Of a stretch of DNA of 64,000 nt, positions 22,993 through 34,771 are shown in pieces. Location: positions 1 to 64,000 of the IMG/VR virus record IMGVR_UViG_3300024999_000048; one strand, given 5' to 3'. Both the position numbers and the translations under genes were made by a program. Below the pieces are notes generated by a model that saw only the letters and a program-made list of their open reading frames with translations, searched no databases and had not been told where the DNA came from. This DNA comes from a virus. Every line of letters begins with the position of its first letter. Position 1 is the first letter of the stretch.

Positions 22993-24237
22993 ATGAAATT
23001 AGAAAATATCGGTTTCTATACACTAAATGACAATAGGTGCAAAAGAACAAGTGTTGACTCTCAACTTATGAGGTGTGAATTAATTTTAACAGATGCTTGT
23101 AATTTCAAATGTCCTTATTGCAGAGGACTTAGACCAGACTTAAAGGGAACAATGACATTGGAAAGAGCAAAATACATAGTTGATTTATGGACTAAAGATA
23201 ATCTCAAAAATATTAGACTATCGGGTGGAGAACCTACAGTTTGGAAAGGTTTAGTAGAACTAGTTCAATATATTAAATTAAAAGGTGTAGAACGTATTGC
23301 TATCTCAACAAATGGATACGCTGAAATGGATTTATATCATAAACTAATTGATGCAGGAGTAAATGACTTCTCAATATCTTTAGATGCCTGTTGTAGTGCC
23401 TTTGGTGACGCAATGGCAGGAGGAATTAATGGAGCATGGGATAAAGTTATTTCCAATATCAAAGAAATTTCTCAACTTACTTATGTCACTGTTGGGGTTG
23501 TAGTTACAGAAGAAACTGTAAGTGATTTAAAAAATACTATTGAGTTTGCTTCTAGTTTAGGTGTTTCGGATATTAGAATTATTTCCTCTGCTCAATACAA
23601 TCAATTGCTCGAAGTAGCAAAAACAGTATCTAAAGATGTTTATGAAAAGTATCCTATTCTTAAATATCGCATTGAGAATTTAAACAATCAAAGAAATGTA
23701 CGTGGATTACAAGAAACTGATTCTCATAGATGTGGCTTAGTCTTAGATGATATGGCGATTGCAGGAGATTATCATTTCCCTTGTATTATTTACATGCGAG
23801 AAGGTGGAAATCCTGTAGGCAAAGTTGGAGAAAATATGAGACAAGAAAGACTAGAATGGATGAAAAAACATGATACTCATAAAGACATTATATGTAAAAA
23901 TAATTGTTTGGATGTTTGTATTGATTACAATAATAAATTCACTAGATACAACATTGAGAAAACTAGATTAAGAAAAATTGATAGTTCAAATTTTGATTGG
24001 CAAAAGTGGTCAGCAGGAAGTATACATGATTTTGGTATTCCTTGTAGATTTGAAACACTTACAGAATCTTATAGTAGGGAATTATTGTCTCAATATGCAG
24101 TAGGATGGGCTTATGGAGATACATTGCCTTGTAGAGCAAAAGATAAACATATTGCTGTAATGTTTGAAAAAGATGATAATCAGTTTTGGTTTCATGTAAG
24201 AAATAGTGAGTTTATGGAGATATTTGTTAACAATTAA
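22993..24237 (+). CDS. Radical SAM enzyme
   Basis: CNFKCPYC cluster motif, SGGEPT, STNG, ISLD; extra C-terminal Cys residues. Confidence 0.85.
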   Translation: MKLENIGFYTLNDNRCKRTSVDSQLMRCELILTDACNFKCPYCRGLRPDLKGTMTLERAKYIVDLWTKDNLKNIRLSGGEPTVWKGLVELVQYIKLKGVERIAISTNGYAEMDLYHKLIDAGVNDFSISLDACCSAFGDAMAGGINGAWDKVISNIKEISQLTYVTVGVVVTEETVSDLKNTIEFASSLGVSDIRIISSAQYNQLLEVAKTVSKDVYEKYPILKYRIENLNNQRNVRGLQETDSHRCGLVLDDMAIAGDYHFPCIIYMREGGNPVGKVGENMRQERLEWMKKHDTHKDIICKNNCLDVCIDYNNKFTRYNIEKTRLRKIDSSNFDWQKWSAGSIHDFGIPCRFETLTESYSRELLSQYAVGWAYGDTLPCRAKDKHIAVMFEKDDNQFWFHVRNSEFMEIFVNN

Positions 24238-24491
24238 ATTATGAAAAAGATATGACTTTTAAATTTGTTTATGATAATGGTTTAAAAGTCACATCATAAC
24301 ATCAAACTTAGCTTTTCTGGGAATTAAGAAAGGATGATAACAAATGATTAAAATTGAAAAGATTTCTGATGATAATTTTGAGGTTCTTATTTGTGATAAG
24401 TTAAAGAGTATTTTAGATAGAGACGAGTTGCTGACATTGTTTTGGGATTTGGCAGATAAATTAGATTATGAAGTGAGAGGGAAGTGGTAAA

Positions 24492-24733
24492 ATGTTAACT
24501 GAACATGATGCTGAATTACTAAGCAAAAATCAACCACATAAATGCAATGATTATACTATCTTGATAAAGAAATTGAATGGGTAGCAGGGCCAATTTATGA
24601 CAATACATTAAATAAACAAAAGATTGAGGTAAAATTAGTCAACGATGATCCTAAGTATGAATTTCTAGTTGATGCTGTAGAATGGGAAGAACTTAAAACT
24701 TATAAGGAACAGATTGATAAATTTATGAAATAG
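24492..24733 (+). pseudogene. Frameshifted hypothetical gene
   Basis: The ATG 24492 frame stops early; a second frame (YYLDKEIEWVAG...) continues to TAG 24733. Confidence 0.45.
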
Positions 24734-27584
24734 AAAGGATGAGTAACAAACATGAAAATCGAATCAATTAATTTTACAATGGATGATGGAGTAGAATGTC
24801 CAGATTGTCATAGTACAGATACTTATCAATATGATAGAGATACTACAACTTTTAATAATGGTAGAGGAGTTGTAAATACAGGTCATTATTGCAGAGGTTG
24901 TGATAGGCGTTTTAAATTACACACTAATTTTCAGTATCAAATTACTGAGCAAGTAACTGGCTATTAAAACAACTAATAAGGAGGATTATTCAAATGTTAA
25001 AAGATACTATGCTCATGATAAAAGTATTAATAATTACAAGCATATTAATGTTTTTCAGCCTATTTATTGCACCACCAAAGATTATTGGAACATTTCTATT
25101 AATATGGGTTATAAATGTGTTTTGGATTGTAAAGTTATTATTTAGTTCTTCTGGATTAGGTATTGAAGATTTTGGTAATAGTGTTTGTGCTAAGATTGAT
25201 GAAGCAAGTGCAAATAAGAAATACTTTCAAAAAGGATTGTATTATATCACTATTCCAATGATGGCAATAGGAATGATTATGGTTGCATTAATAATATTGG
25301 CATTCTTTACTATTTTGTAATCAATTAAAACTGCGATTTGTTTGTATTTAAATTAAAAAGGAGTAATGAAAAATGTTTGATAAAATTGAAAGTCTAAATA
25401 CCATTGTTAATCTAAATTTAAATCTACACAAATTTTATATACCAGATACTTATGAGGAATATCGCAATTTGGTTGATAAATTTGAATTATGTACCATTAG
25501 AACAGACCATAAATATATATCGGAGGATCTGCCATTCTACATATTCAATAGACAAAAAGACAATGATGAATATCTTGATTTAATTTGGGATGAAGCACAA
25601 GCAAAACAATATAAACTCATAATTAGTGATGGTATTAAATATGACAATATTCAAAAATATAACATGGTAACTAAAATACAAAAGAATGGAGATTTCATAT
25701 TCGAAGCATCAGATTTAAAGATACCACTTAGGCATATGTATAGACATCCTTCATCACTATTGTCATGTACTGGAAATTTATCAGAGGGTATTCACTTGTG
25801 GCATATGTTTAACAAAAGATACGGAATTGATAAACTTATAATTAGAAGGGATTTATTGACTTTATATAATTGCGGATTATTTGACAAGTGGTTAGAGGTA
25901 ACAAAATATCCGATTCCAGTTGGTATCAAAAGTGAAAATATAGTGTTTTGGCAAATAAAGTAAAGCAAATAGAACAGCAATTTGGTTGTACTAGAAAGGA
26001 GCAAAACATAAATGCAATTAATATCTAAAACCAAAGACAATGAGAAAACAATTAAATTCACAGTTGATGAATATGAACATTTATTAAAAATCTTAGACCT
26101 TTGCACTCCGCCAGAACATCGTAATTATTTATATGAGGTAATGTCAAAAATGCATAATGATTTATACGATATGGATTTGGTATGAAGTAGGTTTGTTAGG
26201 AGGAATTTAAAAAACAATGACTGAAACAGAATTATTAATTCAAGAAACTATCATCTATTTGCTTGAAATTAAAAAAGATTATTCAAGAAGTGTCTCAATG
26301 GATGATGTAGGAAAAGTAAGGACTTTAACCAATGCTGTAGAATTATTGCACCAGTATTTAGGATTAATCAACTAAGTAAAGAAAGTAGGAGTTAAGCAAA
26401 TGAAAATCACTCAAACATTAGAAGTTTCTAAACAAGAGAAAAACATTATATACAATGCCTTAGAATCCTATATTAAATACCTCACAGAATTGCTATCAGA
26501 CAGCCCAGAAGGGGAATCTAAGACATTGATCAATGCAACTTTGACTGATACCAATAGATTGTTAAGCGAGATGTCACAGAGCATGTAAAGGAGGTTAAAA
26601 CATAATGATGTCAGGCACATGTATTTCTTGTGGGTTTTACTCACCATGTTCTGTTCTAGGTAAATTATGTGATATTCTAAATAGTGATTATCATTATTAT
26701 GTAGAAGATGAAATTGCAAATGATTGGAATAATGGTCATTGGGATGATAGTGGAGAATAAGAGAAAGAAGGAACTGCAATGAAAGTTTATATTGTAATTA
26801 AAAGTTCTGATATTCCAAATAGAGATGATTGTCCTAATAGAGAATTAGTAGAAATTGATTGTGTAAAGGCAACATTAGATGGAACATTGGAAAGAATTAA
26901 GGAATTAGCTATTTCGGGTTATCGAGGAGCAGACTACAGAGAATCTTGGTTAACTTAGATTAAATTAGTTTTATATTACAACTTAAATAAAGGAGAGAAA
27001 AGTAATGGGAGAAACACAATATGTATGTAATAATGATAATAGAATTATGTTTGACACCGAAGATAGTGAATATGGTTGTTTATGCACCTTCCCACATAAT
27101 TATGAAGTTAGTGGAAAGAAATTAAATAAATGGACAATAGCAAGTTTAGCTTTATTGGGAGCAGGGATAGCGATATCTGCCAATAAAGCTAGTAGCATGA
27201 TAGGTTCAGATGATAAATATATTGATTCTTATTATTTACCTAATTGTATTCCACAATGGATTAGGGATGAATTTGATAGAATTCTTGAATTATCAAAGGA
27301 AGAGCCTGATATTATTACAGAGGAGGAATATACAATGAAAGAATTAACATTTGAAATAACTAATATACAATCTGAAAGAGGAATTAATGGGAAAACAAAT
27401 ATTCGAGCCACATGTATCCAAGATGATATGTGGTTAGAGATTGAAATACCAAATTCTGAGCTAAATAATAAAAGTTCTGTAAAACAAAGTTTAATTATTG
27501 AACATATGAGATTATTAGAATTAGAAAAAGAACAAAACTATTATATTCAAAAAGGAAGTATAATTTAACCAATATCCAAAATAT

Positions 27585-27656
27585 CCCAACCTTACAACCC
27601 CACTCCCAAACCACTTTAAAAACTACAATTTCCGATAAAATTCGACTTTTAACGGA
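27585..27656 (+). repeat. Near-perfect palindromic site TCCGATAAAA-TTCGAC-TTTTAACGGA with accessory arm
   Basis: 9 of 10 arm positions are symmetric; CCCAACCTTACAACCCCACTCCCAAACCACTTTAAAAAC ends 7 nt before the site. Confidence 0.8.
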
Positions 27657-30600
27657 TGATGGAAAGGAAATAAATAAAATGATTTATGTAATAATTGGAT
27701 CAATGGTATTATTCATAATAGCACATATCGCAGTTGCAATTGCTCCTATAAAATTTGTAAATGCTGATGCAGGAGTATTTGATAGTATCACTAATAAAAT
27801 TACGATATATGATGATTTAAAAACTGCTAAAAGTAAATCTCATTTTAAAACAACAATATATGAGGTTCCAGAATATTTATTAGATGAGATGAATAAAATT
27901 GCAAATTCTCACAAAAAACAAAATATGAAACTGAATGATGCTTGGTGTGCTGAGAAATATTTATTAGATAATAAATGTAAGGTTGTTTATGTTAATAGAA
28001 ATTATTTTTAAATCAAATACAATTTTAATTAAGGAAGGAAATAATAATATGACATCTTTCAGATTAATTTTCAGAATTGGAGATGAATTTTTTGATACCA
28101 CAGATAATAGGTATGGTCTTGAAAAAGATTTAATATTTATTAATAGCAAAGATGATTCAGAAATAATTTCAATTGAAACCATAGAGGAGGAGTAATAATT
28201 TGCATAAATACTTTAAAGAATTAGATGAATCAGATAATATCACAGGACTTTGCAGTATTAGTTATAATAAAAATGAAAAGTTATGGGAGTATTTTTCTAA
28301 GGTATATAAAGCAGTTGAAATTACTGAAAAAGAATATGATAAGTTAAGGAGGGAATTAAGCAATGAAACAAAGAATTAATATTGATCAACTAAAAGAATT
28401 ATCACTAATTCAACAAAATAAACTTAAAGATTGGTGGAATGAGCATCAACAACAAGGAGATATATTTGTATGTCTTGAAAATGATTTTTTAAGTGGGAAA
28501 CAGTTTACATGGGACGGTAATAACAAACCATTTAATATGTCAATTCCACTTCTAAATGTTGGACAAATGTTTGAAATGTTATTAGGTTGTAGTTGCATAG
28601 ATTGCACTTTAAGATTACTTGATGAAAGAGTTAGAGGTAAAATTTATGGAATGGAATTATGTGAGGCATTGTGGATTTTGATAAAAGAATATTTGGGAAA
28701 TTAAACATGAAAGAAGGAAAATTAAAATGAGTAATTCAGAAATTATTAAATGTGATCTATGTGATTATCAATTCAAAGTATTCTCAAGACAAGAGGAAGA
28801 GCTCCATGATAGAGAATATTATCCAGTAACTAATTACTATCCTCTACCAGAAGAAAATGCTCATCTAGTTAGAAATTATATATGCGATACATGCTATAAT
28901 GATATTGGAAATGTGGTAAAACAAAGTCTTATTCAAGCAGGAGAAGAGTATTTGAATGAAGTGGAAAGTAGAAAAACTAAGAAATTGAACGAATATCTAA
29001 AATATCTCCAAAAGATAGATAAAGAATATCAAGAAGTTAAAATCTACTGTGATAACCTTAAATCTATTAATAGTATTCTTGAATTAGATAAGCAAACTAT
29101 TAAAGATTTATCTTCTATGTTTTCTAATAAATATCCACATTCTACAGGAACTTATTACTTAGAACATGCACTGGATATAGAGAAAATTACTAAACATAAT
29201 ATGAAAGAAATTAGAGATTGGGAGAAAGAGTATAATATAGAAATTGAAAAATATCCAGATGGATATGGATCTTGGAGTGTTGTTAGTAAAGAAGAATTTA
29301 AGAATGTGTTGTTGGATAGTGAAGTTGAAAATATGAATACTCGAAAGATTATTCAACTTGTTAATAGTATTTAGAGTAAAGGAGGTTGTTTTTATGAATG
29401 ATCAAGATCAAGATAATTTAAGCTTTAAAGAAAGATATGCAAAATTTAAAGATTACTATGATAATAATCTATTAGCACTTGTTGAAGATTTTAATCCTGA
29501 TATTAAGCTTCTCCCATATCAAAAAATAATTATAAATGCAATGATGGCAAAAGATAAGACTGTTTCATTCATCAATCCTTATACGGCACAGAAAAGATGG
29601 TTATCAAATATGAGATTGGAATTAATGAAATTAATGGGAATGGATTTTACAGTATTAAGTCCTAGTGGGAGAGATGATTATGAAAAAGGTGTGGTAGTTA
29701 AGGACTGTAAAGAATAAGAGGGGAGGAATAAATAATTAAATATAATTTTAATGAAAGTGACATAGAATATTTGCATGAAGTAATCGGAGTAGTATGGAAT
29801 AATAATGGAGAACCATATCTTAATGGTGTTAAATTATCAGAAGAAAATTTGTTAGATTTATTGGAAAGTGAGGTTTAAATATATGAAATTATTTATATTA
29901 GTTTATCGAATAGGAGATAAAATGTACCAAACAGTCAGAAATAATTTCAATTGAAACTATTAGATAGTTAAATATCCAATAAGTTCTTTAATTTACGGGA
30001 TTGAAAGGAGTAAATAAATTGAACAAATATGATATAAGATGGTGTGTTAAATACTTGCCTAAAACTTATACTAGCATTCTAAATATATCCCTAAACTGCA
30101 CATATAAAGAATGCAATACAGACTATAAAACTTGTAAATATATTTCAAAAGTCCCTATTTATCAACCATATGTAAAATAGTCATTTCCCAGAAAAGCATT
30201 GTTTTATTTTATTTGAGTTGATAAAAATAAAGAGGAGGGAAATAATAATGAATAAAAATGATTTAAATTTTATTAGTTTTAGAAGTGAATTAATTGAATT
30301 ATTGAGTAAATACAGATATGATATATCAGGAACAAATCTAGATGATGGATCTATGAGTATTGAGAATAATAGAAATGGTAAAATTTATACATTAAGAGAT
30401 TCATATTCAGATTATGAAGCATTAGACAATGATTACAACCCCTTGCTTACAGACTACATAATTAATATGTTTCAAGAAGAGCATATGATTCCATTTTGTA
30501 ATAATAAGATTGGAGTATTTACAAATAATCGAGATAAAGCATCTATGTTTTTTGATGATTTATATAACAAAAATAAAGAAAATGTAGAAAAGTATTGGCA

Positions 30601-31039
30601 AAGTAAAGACAATATAAGTTTAGTGTTAAAAGATGAAACTTATTACACTTGGATTAAACCAATTGATAATTCAAGAGGACATAGGTGTTTTAAGGTATTT
30701 ATAGACAAAAACTTAACATTAAATCAATTACATACTGTTGTTGTGCCAATATGTGCATATTGTACAAGAGAAAATATTACAATTATTTAGACCAAACCAA
30801 ATTTACATTTGATTCTATATGAAAGGAGTTTTAATTATGGACGAACTGAGCATTAAAAGAAAACAAAAAGAAGTAAAATACGATGAATATATGATTGAAT
30901 TAGCTTTTCAAAGAAAAGATCATCAAGCAGATATTTCTTTAGCAAAGGTAATAGAAGAATTAGAATTAGATGTAGATGAAATATTCTCCTTAGTAGATAC
31001 AATTGAGGAAGATTAAAAATTAAATTGTAAAATAAATGT

Positions 31040-31068
31040 TTGCTATTCTTTGGTTAATATGTTATAAT
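31040..31068 (+). promoter_or_regulatory. SigmaA-type promoter
   Basis: TTGCTA-17 nt-TATAAT with extended TG. Confidence 0.6.
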
Positions 31069-32670
31069 TATTAATGGAAGATATGTAAAAGAGGTGATGT
31101 ATATGAACAAAACATTATATGAATGCCCAAAATGTCGCACTTATCACAATGCAAAAGAATGGAATGATTATAATAGATTGGGTATTGAGTGTCTGGCAAC
31201 AATTAAATTACCAGAAGCAATAGATAAGAAAGTTAATTTAATTTGTCCAACTTGTAATAGAAGAATTTGTTGTGAAGATATGTGTGAAGTAATTTAATTT
31301 AATTTAATTTATGAGGAGATATTAAATATGGCAAGAAGTAAATTTATTTGGTTAGTAATCTATGAAACAGGCGAAACACAGTTTATAAAAGCACAAACAA
31401 TATTGTTCAGAATTAGTAGAGGATAGTGATTCTATTATTAATATGACTAGGATGGAATTAGCAGATTCTTATAGTTATGAAAATGCTGTGAATATACCTT
31501 TTCAAGATTAAAATTAAATAAATATTAAGGAGAGATAAATATGTGGATTAGAAGTCAAGATAAAAACAGTTTGAGAAATTATCAAGGAATTAGTGGAGAT
31601 TCCGATACAGTATGGGGTGATGCAAATAATTCTAATGATTCATATGTTTTAGGTCAATATAATACAAAAGATAGAGTAAGAGCAGTATTAGATGATATTC
31701 AATGGTGGATTGCTTATAATGAACACTATTCTCGTTTGGGAGAAAATACTTTTACTTGCCAAAATAATAGATATACAATTTATCAAATGCCAGAAAAATA
31801 AAATATTAAAGGAGAGATATTACATAATGAAAATAAATCTAACCAGAGAACAAATGCAAGCAATTAAAGATGAATCAAAATTAATCGTTGATAATGAAGA
31901 ATGGGAATATGTAGAGCAAGATGGCGAAGAAGAGGAAGATGAACATGGAAGGCATTATTCTCATATTTATATGAGAATGTCTGATAGAAAATGTTTTAGA
32001 GTAAATTTATTCTATATCAGATATGGATATAAAGATTATGGTTTTGAAAGTGATTCACAGGAGAATGTGGCTTATGAAGTAGAGAAGAAAGAGATTGTTG
32101 AATATGAATGGAGGTATGTGAGATGAAAATTGTAGCAACAAGCAATTATAATCTAGATGACTACTGTGAATATATCATAGCAGAAGGATTAAATAGTTAT
32201 TATGGAAAATTAATTTGTGATTTTCTGCAAAGTCAAGTTAGAGATGGCGATAGTGCTTGGCCTGTATTGAAGGAAGATGATTATGTCCCTTTTGTGTGGG
32301 AACCTTGATAATGCAATATTAATTAAATAAAAAGGAGAAATTGTATAATGAACTTACAAACAATGGCGCAGGAAGTAATTAAAACTTTTAATAAAATTAC
32401 TTCTATAAATAATCAAGATTATATTACAAACATATTGTCAGATTTTGCTATAAAAATGTATAATGAAGGATACAAAACTGCCAATGATGATGCTAAAAAT
32501 GTCGTTCAAGAAGTTTATCAAAAAGAAAATCAAAGAATTAATGATCAATATGGAAAAGAAGTTCAAAAAATTAATAAACAATTGCATGGTATATTGCAAG
32601 ATGTTAGAAATATAAGGTGGTGATTGTGGATTGAAATTAGTGAAAAGATTTTACAAATTAATAAAATGTG

Positions 32671-32699
32671 TTGACATATGGTTAGTGAAATGGTATAAT
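32671..32699 (+). promoter_or_regulatory. Consensus sigmaA promoter upstream of the putative replication module
   Basis: TTGACA-17 nt-TATAAT with extended TG. Confidence 0.8.
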
Positions 32700-32804
32700 T
32701 ATATGTGGTAGTAATATGGGTGAGAGGAGTTAGACATGAGCAAGAAATTAATTGTGTATGGGTTTACATAGTGTGAAAATAAAATATTAATCAATTATGA
32801 AAGG

Positions 32805-33059
32805 ATGATTAATTTAATGCCATCGCAAACAAATATACAACAAACAAATGCAAATAGTATATTGCAAAAAGATTATTGTATTATGTCATTGCAACTTGCC
32901 AGAATATTAATGGATAAAGGTTATGAATTACATAATATAGCACCAAACAAAAGATTCCCAAATTTAAATGTATATTATTTTTATTATAATGAATTTATTG
33001 AACAAGAAGTAAAAAATTATGAACAAAATAATAAGAGAAATAAATTTATTTTTCGGTAG
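32805..33059 (+). CDS. Small protein resembling DUF5659-type phage proteins
   Basis: SLQLARILMDKGY....PN......VYYF pattern, recognised from memory only. Confidence 0.45.
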   Translation: MINLMPSQTNIQQTNANSILQKDYCIMSLQLARILMDKGYELHNIAPNKRFPNLNVYYFYYNEFIEQEVKNYEQNNKRNKFIFR

Positions 33060-33100
33060 GAGAATATTATTAACTCTTATTAAGAATTAGTCTCTCTTAT

Positions 33101-33184
33101 TACACCTAAATGGGCGTACTGAATTTGATACGCCTAAACTTAGGTATACCTTACAGGGAGCGTACTAGATTTAGTACGGGTAAA
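33101..33184. repeat. Repeat/palindrome cluster, candidate replication origin or operator
   Basis: GCGTACTGAATTTGATACGC (33114) and GCGTACTAGATTTAGTACGG (33160); TACACCTAAA, TACGCCTAAA and TACGGGTAAA at 33101, 33129 and 33175. Confidence 0.55.
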
Positions 33185-33231
33185 CTTTTACCTTATTTAT
33201 GATAAAATTTATAGAAGGATAGTGAATTAAC

Positions 33232-34734
33232 ATTAAACAAATAAACAAAGAAGTAAATAGAGAATTTTCTAAAATTCCAAATAAACTTTTCTATACTAAA
33301 GAAGAAGGAGAAAAGAGTATTTTAGAAAAAGCAGATTTCAATGAGAAAGTATTATGTGTTTTAGATTACTTGTATATGGGAACAGATAGAAGAGGAATTG
33401 TTAGATTTACAATAGACAATATGATAAAACAATGTAAATTTAAAATAAGGACTGGAGAAAAAGAATCAGTATCTCAGTTTAAAAAGATATTACATATGTT
33501 ACAAAGAGAATCTTTTATACAAACATTATTCGACGAAGAGGACATTGTAGGTAGTCCGTTAATAGAGAGTTATAAACTCAAAGATTTGATTATATGTTCG
33601 CTGACAATAGATTTTGCTAATAAATTTGTCATATTAGAAAAAGAAGAAAAAGACAAAATATATGGTTATAATGAGGAAAAGTTAAGTCATTTGAAACTTC
33701 TTTTATATTATTGCTATTTGAAATGCAGAATGTATAAACGTCCAATTGGTGATCAAATGGTTATATCGGGTGGTAGGGCTGAAATAGCATATCCAACATT
33801 TGAAATAATAAATAAAGATTTAGGTCTTACTGATGATACGATTGATAAATATAATAAAATATTAGTTGGTTTGAATATGATAAGATATAAATCAGCAGGT
33901 AACTGGTATTATAAAGATGATCCTAATAAGATAGTAAGAGAGAGTTGTAATATTTATACCTTATTTACAGATGAAGAAACAGCAAATCTAAATCTCAAAG
34001 AGGGTATTAAATATTATAAGAAACTTGATAGAAATAGTAATAAGATATTCACTGGAAGTAAGGCTTACAAAAATAATAATAAAGTGTTAAATGGAGAATT
34101 GGGGTCTATTATCAAGAAAGAGAAAAAGGGTACAGCGACAGAAAAAGATATGATTAGGAAGAATGAATTATTATATTGGATTAATGCTAATGAAGAACAA
34201 CATGGTATTCGAGCTTTATTAGATTCTAATCCTGATACATTGCTTTCTGATATCTATTATGGATTTAATAGTGATGAAAAAGCAGAAAAGTATTATAACT
34301 TAGAACACTCATTAGGACTTCTTGATACTGGCAAGGAATTTGGAATTGACTTTACGTATTATAAGTGGATAATGATGAATTATGACAAAGAAGAGCATGA
34401 CAAATTTGTGCATTGTGTTAATAATAAAAAGAAAGCTGGATTAAAGACTGAGGATATAATATATTTTGCGGATAAAACGCCAAAACATAGGGGTTTTTGT
34501 TCACAAAATAAGAAAAATTACGTAGAGAAAAAACCAGATATATTTGAAGATATGTTTGAAAATGATGAACCATACGAAGAAGAATATATAATGACTGAGG
34601 ATGACATTCAAGCAATGCATGAGATTGATGAATTAAATCGTGCAATGATACCGGACGAAGTATTGAGAATAATTGAGCAACAAGAGAATGAAGAAGACTA
34701 TGATTATGGAGACGATGAAGATTTATTTAGTTAA
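33232..34734 (+). CDS. Putative replication initiator / winged-HTH DNA-binding protein
   Basis: AYPTFEIINKDLGLT..TI.KY..IL wHTH motif and acidic tail; the frame is open upstream of 33370 and includes FSKIPNKLF, suggesting a start at ATT 33232. Confidence 0.55.
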   Translation: MKQINKEVNREFSKIPNKLFYTKEEGEKSILEKADFNEKVLCVLDYLYMGTDRRGIVRFTIDNMIKQCKFKIRTGEKESVSQFKKILHMLQRESFIQTLFDEEDIVGSPLIESYKLKDLIICSLTIDFANKFVILEKEEKDKIYGYNEEKLSHLKLLLYYCYLKCRMYKRPIGDQMVISGGRAEIAYPTFEIINKDLGLTDDTIDKYNKILVGLNMIRYKSAGNWYYKDDPNKIVRESCNIYTLFTDEETANLNLKEGIKYYKKLDRNSNKIFTGSKAYKNNNKVLNGELGSIIKKEKKGTATEKDMIRKNELLYWINANEEQHGIRALLDSNPDTLLSDIYYGFNSDEKAEKYYNLEHSLGLLDTGKEFGIDFTYYKWIMMNYDKEEHDKFVHCVNNKKKAGLKTEDIIYFADKTPKHRGFCSQNKKNYVEKKPDIFEDMFENDEPYEEEYIMTEDDIQAMHEIDELNRAMIPDEVLRIIEQQENEEDYDYGDDEDLFS

Positions 34735-34747
34735 AAATTAGTTAATA

Positions 34748-34771
34748 TAGGGGCGGCTATTCCGTCCCTAA
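34748..34771 (+). terminator. GC-rich hairpin
   Basis: TAGGGGCGG-CTATT-CCGTCCCTA just after the putative initiator gene. Confidence 0.45.
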
